A stretch of 23,893 nucleotides of DNA from Candidatus Nanohaloarchaea archaeon (GTDB lineage: Archaea; Nanohalarchaeota; Nanosalinia; Nanosalinales; Nanosalinaceae): positions 1 to 23,893 of the forward strand of contig JBEQBC010000010.1 in NCBI GenBank assembly GCA_041640035.1, written 5' to 3'. This document shows positions 1-6,328 of this stretch, one piece after another. The notes under the pieces were generated by a model. The model made no database searches, was not told the origin of the DNA, and saw nothing but the letters and a program-made list of their open reading frames with translations. Position 1 is the stretch's first letter. Every line of letters starts with the position of its first letter. The translations under genes and the position numbers were made by a program.

Positions 1-80
1 CCTGCTCTCTTTGCATAGATTGCTGCTGACTGTGCTGCTGATGCTCCGCCGATGATTATTATGTCACGAACCTTGCTCAT
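1..80 (-). CDS. trxB: Thioredoxin-disulfide reductase / pyridine nucleotide-disulfide oxidoreductase, 5' part (runs off window)
   Basis: Manual translation of the reverse strand from ATG at 80 gives MSKVRDIIIIGGASAAQSAAIYAKRAG. This matches the TrxB N-terminal FAD-binding segment (DvIIIGgGpAgltAAIYaaRag). Only 26 codons are visible. Confidence 0.75.
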   Translation of the reverse strand, partial: MSKVRDIIIIGGASAAQSAAIYAKRA

Positions 81-135
81 ATAGAGTAATCTTTGAGGGT
101 CAAGATTAAAACATGCTAGATTACCCGTCGGAAAC

Positions 136-151
136 TGAACACATGTGTTCA
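136..151. promoter_or_regulatory. Perfect 16-bp palindrome TGAACACATGTGTTCA, candidate operator between divergent genes
   Basis: Self-complementary sequence read directly. A second inverted repeat, ACTTAA-N6-TTAAGT, follows at 159-176. Confidence 0.5.
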
Positions 152-188
152 AGTACATACTTAACTTTGTTTAAGTGACAACGGTTTC

Positions 189-1418
189 ATGGTTGATGAG
201 GAGGCGACCACACCTGATTCCACATCCGGGATGGATGCTCTTCAACCTGATTTCTCACCTAACTACCCTGAATGGTCGGATGAAGAGAAAATGGCTTCAG
301 ATCTCCTCATAAAGGATATAATTGATTACTACCCTGAATATAGCCTTCAGCAAGGAGTAGAGATCACGGAAAACAGTGATGGAGCGCATTTCTACGATAG
401 AGATAACGATGATACGCCTCCGGGTCAACCCTTGATAGAGGTGAATCCTTCCCGTAAAATAACATCCATGGCTCACGAACTCGGCCACGATGTGCTTGTG
501 CAGTCTCTCCCGGATATAGGCGGCTCTAGAATAGTATATAGCACTTTCAAAGAGCTTTTCGCTGACCTGAACACTCTGCACTTCACCGAGGTAGAGCCAA
601 GCGAAAGAGAACTGGATAGGGATCCTGACAAAGACCTATCGGCATACGAAGGTGTCGCAGATATACTGGAACCGAAACACTGGGAGAAAGGCATCATGAG
701 AGTTGACAGCATCATGGAGGGGCTTGAAAGAGGCAACTGGGATTCCGTTCAAGGTGATGCCAAGGTTTTAGCAGGTTCAGCTCCTCAGGCAGAAACAGTG
801 CTGGATGTAAGGGATTTCCCGTACGAACGAGCAGGAGCTCAGAACTATGTTGAAAAGCTTGTGGATAATCCAGAGGTAAGCCATATGTTCTACGACAACT
901 TCTTCGGAACCAGAGACTACTCTCCTGTCAGTGAGGTAGCTGAAAAAACCCATGATATCTGGAGTATAGCTCAGGTATTGGGAAACCAGGAAATCATGCA
1001 TCCACAATACCCTGTAGAAGAAGCTCGAGGAGAACACTCCCGGATATGGGGTAAGATGGCTCACGCCGCAACAGCTATGGATGACTTCTCACTGGATGAG
1101 ATAGAGGAAAAACCTGCACAGGTCCTTTCTCAAGCCCTTCAAACAGATCTCTGGGATACGCGTGAGAAAATGACTGAGATCAGAGATAACCTGGAGACTG
1201 TGGGTGAGCCCGAGTACTTCGTGATGAACAGTATCTCCGGTCTGAAGTACGGTAAACCCTATGATACCAGTATAGATTATCCTCACAATATCGGAGGAAG
1301 ACTGGCAGAGCAGCTCTACCTCTCTGGAACAGAACCCATGGATGTGATCGAAGAACCAGCAAAGTACCTGCAGCTTTCAGCGGACGCAATAAACCACCAT
1401 ATAGAAACCAATATGTGA
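189..1418 (+). CDS. Hypothetical acidic protein with zincin (HExxH) metallopeptidase motif
   Basis: 409-aa ORF. MAHELGHD is followed about 20 residues later by FKELFAD, a gluzincin-like third-ligand Glu. No signal peptide or TM segment. Confidence 0.65.
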   Translation: MVDEEATTPDSTSGMDALQPDFSPNYPEWSDEEKMASDLLIKDIIDYYPEYSLQQGVEITENSDGAHFYDRDNDDTPPGQPLIEVNPSRKITSMAHELGHDVLVQSLPDIGGSRIVYSTFKELFADLNTLHFTEVEPSERELDRDPDKDLSAYEGVADILEPKHWEKGIMRVDSIMEGLERGNWDSVQGDAKVLAGSAPQAETVLDVRDFPYERAGAQNYVEKLVDNPEVSHMFYDNFFGTRDYSPVSEVAEKTHDIWSIAQVLGNQEIMHPQYPVEEARGEHSRIWGKMAHAATAMDDFSLDEIEEKPAQVLSQALQTDLWDTREKMTEIRDNLETVGEPEYFVMNSISGLKYGKPYDTSIDYPHNIGGRLAEQLYLSGTEPMDVIEEPAKYLQLSADAINHHIETNM

Positions 1419-1484
1419 GAAAAACTTTCTGAAAACCAGTTGGTTTTTAACTATTTACCGACCCAGTCAATACATAGAATAGAG

Positions 1485-1556
1485 GCGGTGTTGGTCCAGT
1501 GGCTACGACTCGTGCTTGCCATGCACGCGACCCGGGTTCAAATCCCGGACACCGCA
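1485..1556 (+). tRNA. tRNA-Gly (GCC)
   Basis: Acceptor stem GCGGTGT/ACACCGC with discriminator A; D-loop AGTGG; anticodon arm CGTGC-TTGCCAT-GCACG; T arm CCGGG-TTCAAAT-CCCGG. No intron, and CCA is not encoded. Confidence 0.97.
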
Positions 1557-1570
1557 CTTCAGGTTTCTAC

Positions 1571-2128
1571 CTAACTCAGTTTCTCATTCAGTAACTGGAA
1601 GGTTTCTGTAGCATCTTCTTCATCTATCACAAGGTGTGTGTCTTCCCGGCATGAGATCACTTCTGTCAAGTTGATTTCTCTACCTGCCAGTATCGAAAGA
1701 ACATAGGCAAGTACGCCAGGAGTTTTTTCCAGGCTGTTCGGGCTTTTCAGGGTTACAACTACCTGATCTTCAAGTGTTTCTCCGCGGCATTCCTCGGATG
1801 ATTTCATCACTGCTGTATATCCGTTTTCAGTCTTCGCGTATATCTCGGATTTCTCTTCTTCCTGTGTTTTACAGATTTTCATGTTGCTTTTCAGTTCTAC
1901 TGCTGTCTCTCCTAGAACCTCTGTGATGTTTGCCTGTCTCTTCTTTCTGCCTTTCTGGATTTCCTCTTTGTGCCGTCGCAAAGCCATTTTGACTGCTTCG
2001 AATCCTCCGGCGGTCTCTGGTTCTATTTTTCTGGCGAGAGCTGAGTAGTTTACGATTTCCTGTGAAAGCGCTTCCTGGATGTAAGGTCGCTTCTCCACAT
2101 AGTTCTCGACTTCTTCCTGTACAGACAT
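1571..2128 (-). CDS. ACT-domain protein with N-terminal HTH-like segment (putative amino-acid-sensing regulator, DUF7523-like)
   Basis: N-terminal EALSQEIVNYSALARKI...AVKMALRR and C-terminal ACT motif TPGVLAYVLSILAGREINLTEVISCREDTHLVI, both typical of this archaeal family. Confidence 0.85.
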   Translation of the reverse strand: MSVQEEVENYVEKRPYIQEALSQEIVNYSALARKIEPETAGGFEAVKMALRRHKEEIQKGRKKRQANITEVLGETAVELKSNMKICKTQEEEKSEIYAKTENGYTAVMKSSEECRGETLEDQVVVTLKSPNSLEKTPGVLAYVLSILAGREINLTEVISCREDTHLVIDEEDATETFQLLNEKLS

Positions 2129-2145
2129 ATATTTTACCTATTTGG

Positions 2146-2200
2146 AACAGAGTTTTTTATTTCTGTTATAGAAGTAACTGAATCTATAAATAGTGTTCAG
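2146..2200. promoter_or_regulatory. Divergent promoter region with inverted repeats around the AT-rich boxes
   Basis: AACAGA-N10-TCTGTT (2146-2167) brackets the minus-strand AT-rich box. CTGAA...TTCAG (2178-2200) brackets TATAAATA (2185-2192) on the plus strand. Confidence 0.55.
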
Positions 2201-2234
2201 AATAAAGAGTAGTAACACAAGGTGACACAATCAC

Positions 2235-2279
2235 ATGACAGACTCAACTTCAACACAAGGTGGACACGAAAGACTCTAA
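2235..2279 (+). CDS. Leader micro-ORF A, MTDSTSTQGGHERL (14 aa)
   Basis: ATG at 2235, preceded by archaeal SD GGTGA (2221-2225) at 9-nt spacing and downstream of the TATA box. TAA stop at 2277. Confidence 0.5.
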   Translation: MTDSTSTQGGHERL

Positions 2280-2316
2280 CCAAAACCTAGAACAGGGTGG
2301 ATACGAAAGGAACTGA
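2260..2316 (+). CDS. Leader micro-ORF B, (M/V)DTKDSNQNLEQGGYERN (18 aa)
   Basis: GTG at 2260 in the +1 frame relative to ORF A; TGA at 2314. It repeats the QGG[H/Y]ER C-terminus of ORF A and the VDTK N-terminus of the downstream gene. Confidence 0.35.
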   Translation: MDTKDSNQNLEQGGYERN

Positions 2317-2971
2317 GATAGAAGAAGTAACGATAGAAGCCGGACACGCATACCTCGAAAAACTGAAAAACGGCGAACAAATACCTCCGCCCAACCCGGA
2401 AACAGTTCAGGCTGCCCAAGAATTCCTCCACGACCATGGAGTAGAGACCAGCTTGATAGCCATACTGGACGATACCCACAGCTCAGTACAGGGAATAGAT
2501 GAGGGTCAGAAACAGGAGCTTGCCGAAGAGTACATTTCTACCTGGGAGATACAGCCGGACTCATATCACTGGGAGAGCGAAGCCATAGATGTCTGGAACC
2601 AGGAATGGAACCAGTACCTAGATCTGAACAATGCAGTAGATGAAGCAGATAGTAAATGGTGCAGCCTCACATGTGCCGCACTGGACGCAGCGATGACTGC
2701 TGAAAAACTCGGTATAACAGATCAAACCAGTATCCCATCCGCTGACGCAGCTGTAACCCAGCACGATGAGAACTATCCGCTTCCATCAGGATACAGCAGC
2801 TTCCATAACTATGACAACCAGGAGGAGTCACATCACCTGCAGCAGAACCTCTATGAGGACGGATTAATGCCGGTTCCTACTTTCCAGGATCAGTACAACC
2901 TGGAGTTCAACCCTGAACAGGTCAGTAACGGTGAGCTCGAGGAAGATCTCTATCAGGAGGTGATCTCATGA
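2297..2971 (+). CDS. Hypothetical protein, probable HUP/class I aminoacyl-tRNA-synthetase-like catalytic domain (SCO2522-like)
   Basis: Ordered motifs IEAGHAY, LIAILDD, DSYHWES and TCAALDAA..EKLG resemble the class I aaRS Rossmann core and the SCO2522 family as I recall it. No anticodon-binding domain. ATGA overlap with the next gene. The ORF is solid; the function is tentative. Confidence 0.6.
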   Translation: MDTKGTEIEEVTIEAGHAYLEKLKNGEQIPPPNPETVQAAQEFLHDHGVETSLIAILDDTHSSVQGIDEGQKQELAEEYISTWEIQPDSYHWESEAIDVWNQEWNQYLDLNNAVDEADSKWCSLTCAALDAAMTAEKLGITDQTSIPSADAAVTQHDENYPLPSGYSSFHNYDNQEESHHLQQNLYEDGLMPVPTFQDQYNLEFNPEQVSNGELEEDLYQEVIS

Positions 2972-3888
2972 AGGGCACTCTCGGTGAGGGCAGTACCCCA
3001 CTGGTGAAAAGCAGTGGGAAAGATCAGCTGTACTACAAGAACGAAGCCATAAACCCTACAGGGAGTTTCAAGGACCGTGGAACCGCGAAGATAGTTGATG
3101 AAGCACTGCAGCAAGGTGTTGAGAAACTGCATATCTGCTCGTCCGGAAACGCAGCACTATCTCTTTCAGTGTACTGCCAGAAAGCAGGTCTGGAATCTGT
3201 CTGCCATGTGCCGGAGTCAACTTCAGAAAGCAAGAAACAGTTGATGAAGGCGTTCGGCGCCACACTGAAACAGTACGATGCGATCTACGAGGAGATATTC
3301 CACGGCCTCGAGGAAAAGGACCTAGAGGGATGGAATGTAACGCCTGGCGCCTCGGATACCTCGCTAGAAGCTTACAAAGCTATTGCGGAGGAAATCCTGG
3401 ACTCGGGAATCGAGCCTGATCAGGTTGTGGTTCCGTGTGGGAACGGTACCAATCTGGCGGGTATCTGGAAAGGCTTCAAAGAGAATGGTGTTCATCCTGA
3501 GATGATCGGTGTCCAGATAGAAGGAGCCGCACCGATCAAGCAAGCGATTCAAAAGGAAAAACAACATGGAGTAGTTGGAAATCCTGGTAACAGCGTAGCT
3601 GAAGGCATCATCGCCTCTGAGTCATTCAACTGTGGAGAAGCAGTGAAGGCAATCCAGGAATCAAACGGCTCCCTTGAAACAGTTACGGAAGAACAAATCC
3701 AGAAGGGAATGAATGATCTGGTGGAAGATGGAATCATCTGTGAACCTACATCTGCAGTTGCCAAGCCTGTAGCGGACAAGTTCGTAGGCGAAACCGTCGC
3801 AGTGATCACAGGATCCGGTCTTAAATCCTATAGCAAGATCAAAGAAATGGTTCTTGAAACCCGAAATGAGATAGCTGTAGATACCTAG
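2968..3888 (+). CDS. thrC: Threonine synthase-family PLP-dependent enzyme (fold type II)
   Basis: LGEGSTPL, NPTGSFKDRG (PLP Lys), SSGNAA, VPCGNG, EPTSA and ITGSGLK motifs. Strong SD GGAGGTGA upstream and ATGA coupling. The true substrate is not established. Confidence 0.85.
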   Translation: MKGTLGEGSTPLVKSSGKDQLYYKNEAINPTGSFKDRGTAKIVDEALQQGVEKLHICSSGNAALSLSVYCQKAGLESVCHVPESTSESKKQLMKAFGATLKQYDAIYEEIFHGLEEKDLEGWNVTPGASDTSLEAYKAIAEEILDSGIEPDQVVVPCGNGTNLAGIWKGFKENGVHPEMIGVQIEGAAPIKQAIQKEKQHGVVGNPGNSVAEGIIASESFNCGEAVKAIQESNGSLETVTEEQIQKGMNDLVEDGIICEPTSAVAKPVADKFVGETVAVITGSGLKSYSKIKEMVLETRNEIAVDT

Positions 3889-3902
3889 AGGTGTTACTCT
3901 CG

Positions 3903-3920
3903 CTTTTTCTCTCTTTTTTC
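3903..3920 (+). terminator. Pyrimidine/T-rich archaeal-type terminator
   Basis: CTTTTTCTCTCTTTTTTC just after the stop of the thrC-like gene. Confidence 0.45.
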
Positions 3921-3958
3921 CGTAAAACTCAATAGTTTATGTGAGAGAGTAAATTTCT

Positions 3959-4933
3959 ATGACGGGTTTGAGAGAAGTCGCTGAGGATAGAGGTCTTCGA
4001 ATAGGTACATGTGTTGATTACGATGTATGGAAAGAAGATAAGGATTATCGAGAACTGATTGCGGACGAGTTCAACTTGATAACCCCGGAAAGCTGCCTGA
4101 GCTGGAAATACATTCATCCGGAAGAAGAAAGATTTGATTTCGAGAAGCCTGACGCCCTGATTGATTTTGCTGAAGAAAACAGTATGGAGGTCACAGGAAT
4201 TCCCTTGGTATGGCATCTGGAGAACCCTGAATGGCTTGAAAACGGAGATTTCAACTCAGAAGAACTTGAAGACATACTGAAGAACCACATTAAAACGACT
4301 GTTGAAAGGTACTCTGGAAGAGTCGCGACCTGGAATGTAGTGAATGAGGCAGTCAACGATGACGGAGAACTGAGAGAAAACCTCTGGTTGCAGACGATCG
4401 GAGAAGATTATATCGAGAAAGCTTTCAGATGGACGGCCGAGTTTTCAGACGCAGATATTTTCTACAACGACTACGGACTTCCGTACGACGAAGAGAAAAG
4501 AGAGGCTGTATACCAGCTTCTATCCGACTTACTGGACAAAGATGTACCGATAGATGGAATCGGTTTACAGATGCATTTCATCGGCATAAAGGCTTCAACT
4601 GAGCAGATAGAAAAAACTATAAAGAAATTTCAAGAGCTCGGACTAGAGGTCAGGATGACAGAGATGGATATAGCCTATAGGAAGGAGGAAGCGCCGTCAA
4701 ACTTGAATCAGAGACAGGCAGAGTACTACCGAAAAGTATTCAGAACCTGCCTGGAAAATGATGTTACTAATCTCTCTGTTTGGGGTGTCAGAGATAATGA
4801 GTCGTGGATTAACTATTTCCGTGACTACGATGAGCAGTATACGGATAGTCCTTTGCTTTTCGATGAAGAAGGAGACAGGAAGAAATCTTACAGAGAAGTC
4901 AAAAAAGCCCTTGAAACAAAAATTAAAACCTGA
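3959..4933 (+). CDS. Glycoside hydrolase family 10 (endo-1,4-beta-xylanase-like)
   Basis: FNLITPE, LVWH, WNVVNEA (acid/base Glu), IFYNDY, IDGIGLQMH, MTEMDI (nucleophile Glu), VWGVRD and PLLFD. No signal peptide and no CBM. Confidence 0.93.
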   Translation: MTGLREVAEDRGLRIGTCVDYDVWKEDKDYRELIADEFNLITPESCLSWKYIHPEEERFDFEKPDALIDFAEENSMEVTGIPLVWHLENPEWLENGDFNSEELEDILKNHIKTTVERYSGRVATWNVVNEAVNDDGELRENLWLQTIGEDYIEKAFRWTAEFSDADIFYNDYGLPYDEEKREAVYQLLSDLLDKDVPIDGIGLQMHFIGIKASTEQIEKTIKKFQELGLEVRMTEMDIAYRKEEAPSNLNQRQAEYYRKVFRTCLENDVTNLSVWGVRDNESWINYFRDYDEQYTDSPLLFDEEGDRKKSYREVKKALETKIKT

Positions 4934-4954
4934 AGAGATCTAGGTCGACCAATA

Positions 4955-5431
4955 GTGAAAATAAGGTACGCAGAACAGGACGAGGCGGAAGAAATCTATG
5001 AAGTAGCCCTGAAAACCTGGAAGGACACCTACGGCCAGATCTTTTCCGAGGAAACAATCGAAAAGGTTATCAGTGACTGGTATGATGTAGAAGACCTGCG
5101 TCAACAGGTCGAACATCCGATATTCTATGTAGCAGAGGCAGGTGCTCAAGTTGTAGGCTTCGTGCATGCGAGTGTGGAGGATGGTGAGGCAACTCTTCAC
5201 AGGATATACCTTGATCCAGAGTATCAGGGAGAAGGCGTAGGGTCAAAGCTCTATGAAAAGGCGGAAAATGATATCAGGCAGAAAGCTGACATGATAGAAC
5301 TTGAAGTACTGGCAGAGAACGAAAAAGGCAAAGGTTTCTACCTCAAACAAGGATTTGAAGAACGGAAAGAAGAGGAAGTAGAACTGAAAGGAAAGAAGGC
5401 CAAACAGAAGATCATGGTAAAACACCTCTAG
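4955..5431 (+). CDS. GNAT family N-acetyltransferase
   Basis: LHRIYLDPEYQGEGVGSKL (acetyl-CoA motif A) and N..GKGFYLKQGF. Confidence 0.92.
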   Translation: MKIRYAEQDEAEEIYEVALKTWKDTYGQIFSEETIEKVISDWYDVEDLRQQVEHPIFYVAEAGAQVVGFVHASVEDGEATLHRIYLDPEYQGEGVGSKLYEKAENDIRQKADMIELEVLAENEKGKGFYLKQGFEERKEEEVELKGKKAKQKIMVKHL

Positions 5432-5485
5432 AACAGAAATACCTCCCTGACACAGCAGTTTTTATTTTAACTTTAATTCTCGATC

Positions 5486-5779
5486 TTGAACTCTGTGGAT
5501 TACGATTTTCCGGCTTTCAAGATACTGAATATATCTGAAGCGGAGTACGAAAAAAGGAAGGAGCGGAGAGCCAAGAATATCTACCAGGATATCGTTGAAC
5601 CAGCACTCGAACAGGGCTTAGATTCAACAACTGTTTTCCAGCCTAAAAGAATACAAGATGAAATAAGACCGCCGTATAGCTACACAGAAGTGAAGAATGC
5701 TTTGGAATACGGAGCGCAGAACTCAGATGATTTTCACCTCTTGGAATCCGATATGGACCTGTATCTGATTGAAGAGTAG
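5486..5779 (+). CDS. Hypothetical protein
   Basis: 97-aa acidic ORF filling the gap between neighbours. Start is uncertain (TTG 5486 or GTG 5495). Confidence 0.6.
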   Translation: MNSVDYDFPAFKILNISEAEYEKRKERRAKNIYQDIVEPALEQGLDSTTVFQPKRIQDEIRPPYSYTEVKNALEYGAQNSDDFHLLESDMDLYLIEE

Positions 5780-5831
5780 GTAAGAATTTTGCTCCAGTAA
5801 CTTTTTACCCCAACTAAAACAATAATTTCGT

Positions 5832-6200
5832 GTGAAGTATTCTTCCGGTGACGAAAATATCGGTGCTACAGGCAGGAGAAGGAGGAAGGCACTATCGATA
5901 GTTCTTTTCTCGGCTTTCATCTTCAATATAACTGCTTATCCAGGCCGACTTACTACTTTGACCGGGGCTTCCTCATCGGTTTTCCTTCTGTACGGTGCTT
6001 TCTACTGCTTCATCCAGTCAGAGCAGAAGTTCTGCGGAACATTCGGCTTTCTCGGCTTGAAGAAGACACCGGAAGGATTGAAGAAGATTCAGCAGAGATC
6101 TAACAGGTTGACAGATCTAAGCAAGTCGATGAGACAGAACATGTATTCACTAGGTGCTGCAGTATTTCTCTATCTCTGGGTTTTCGCTCTGGCTATCTGA
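5832..6200 (+). CDS. Small hypothetical membrane protein
   Basis: NIG..GRRRR followed by 2-3 hydrophobic segments and a QKFCGTFG motif. Confidence 0.65.
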   Translation: MKYSSGDENIGATGRRRRKALSIVLFSAFIFNITAYPGRLTTLTGASSSVFLLYGAFYCFIQSEQKFCGTFGFLGLKKTPEGLKKIQQRSNRLTDLSKSMRQNMYSLGAAVFLYLWVFALAI

Positions 6201-6201
6201 A

Positions 6202-6324
6202 CTACCAGAAAACCATTGAGATCCACGATATAATCGATACAAGTGATATCATAAGAAGAAGGCTTTTCTCATGTATACAAAGTCCTTCCTGTTTGATATT
6301 ACATCTTGAACATGTCGCTGCCAT
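6202..6324 (-). CDS. Uncalled 40-aa Cys/His-rich single-TM microprotein
   Basis: Manual translation gives MAATCSRCNIKQEGLCIHEKSLLLMISLVSIISWISMVFW*. It fills the intergenic gap exactly, starts 4 nt after the upstream stop and has GGAGG upstream. Confidence 0.55.
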   Translation of the reverse strand: MAATCSRCNIKQEGLCIHEKSLLLMISLVSIISWISMVFW

Positions 6325-6328
6325 ACAT

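Larger units (their letters stand above)
2214..2316 (+). repeat. Three imperfect direct repeats, period 37-38 nt (core AACACAAGGTGGACACGAAAG)
   Basis: GGTG cores at 2221, 2259 and 2296: aacacaaggtg-acacaa, aacacaaggtggacacgaaag and agaacagggtggatacgaaag. Confidence 0.7.

Noticed and set aside
1432-1447. Inverted repeat AAAACCA-GT-TGGTTTT before the tRNA
   Set aside because: It is explained adequately by the terminator/promoter AT tracts between the 189 gene and the tRNA.
1485-1556. tRNA-Gly as integration site of a genomic island
   Set aside because: No integrase or transposase is in the window, and I found no duplicated tRNA 3' end by eye.
2214-2316. CRISPR-like mini-array
   Set aside because: The period of 37-38 nt leaves only about 16-nt spacers, the repeats are degenerate and non-palindromic, and no cas genes are nearby.
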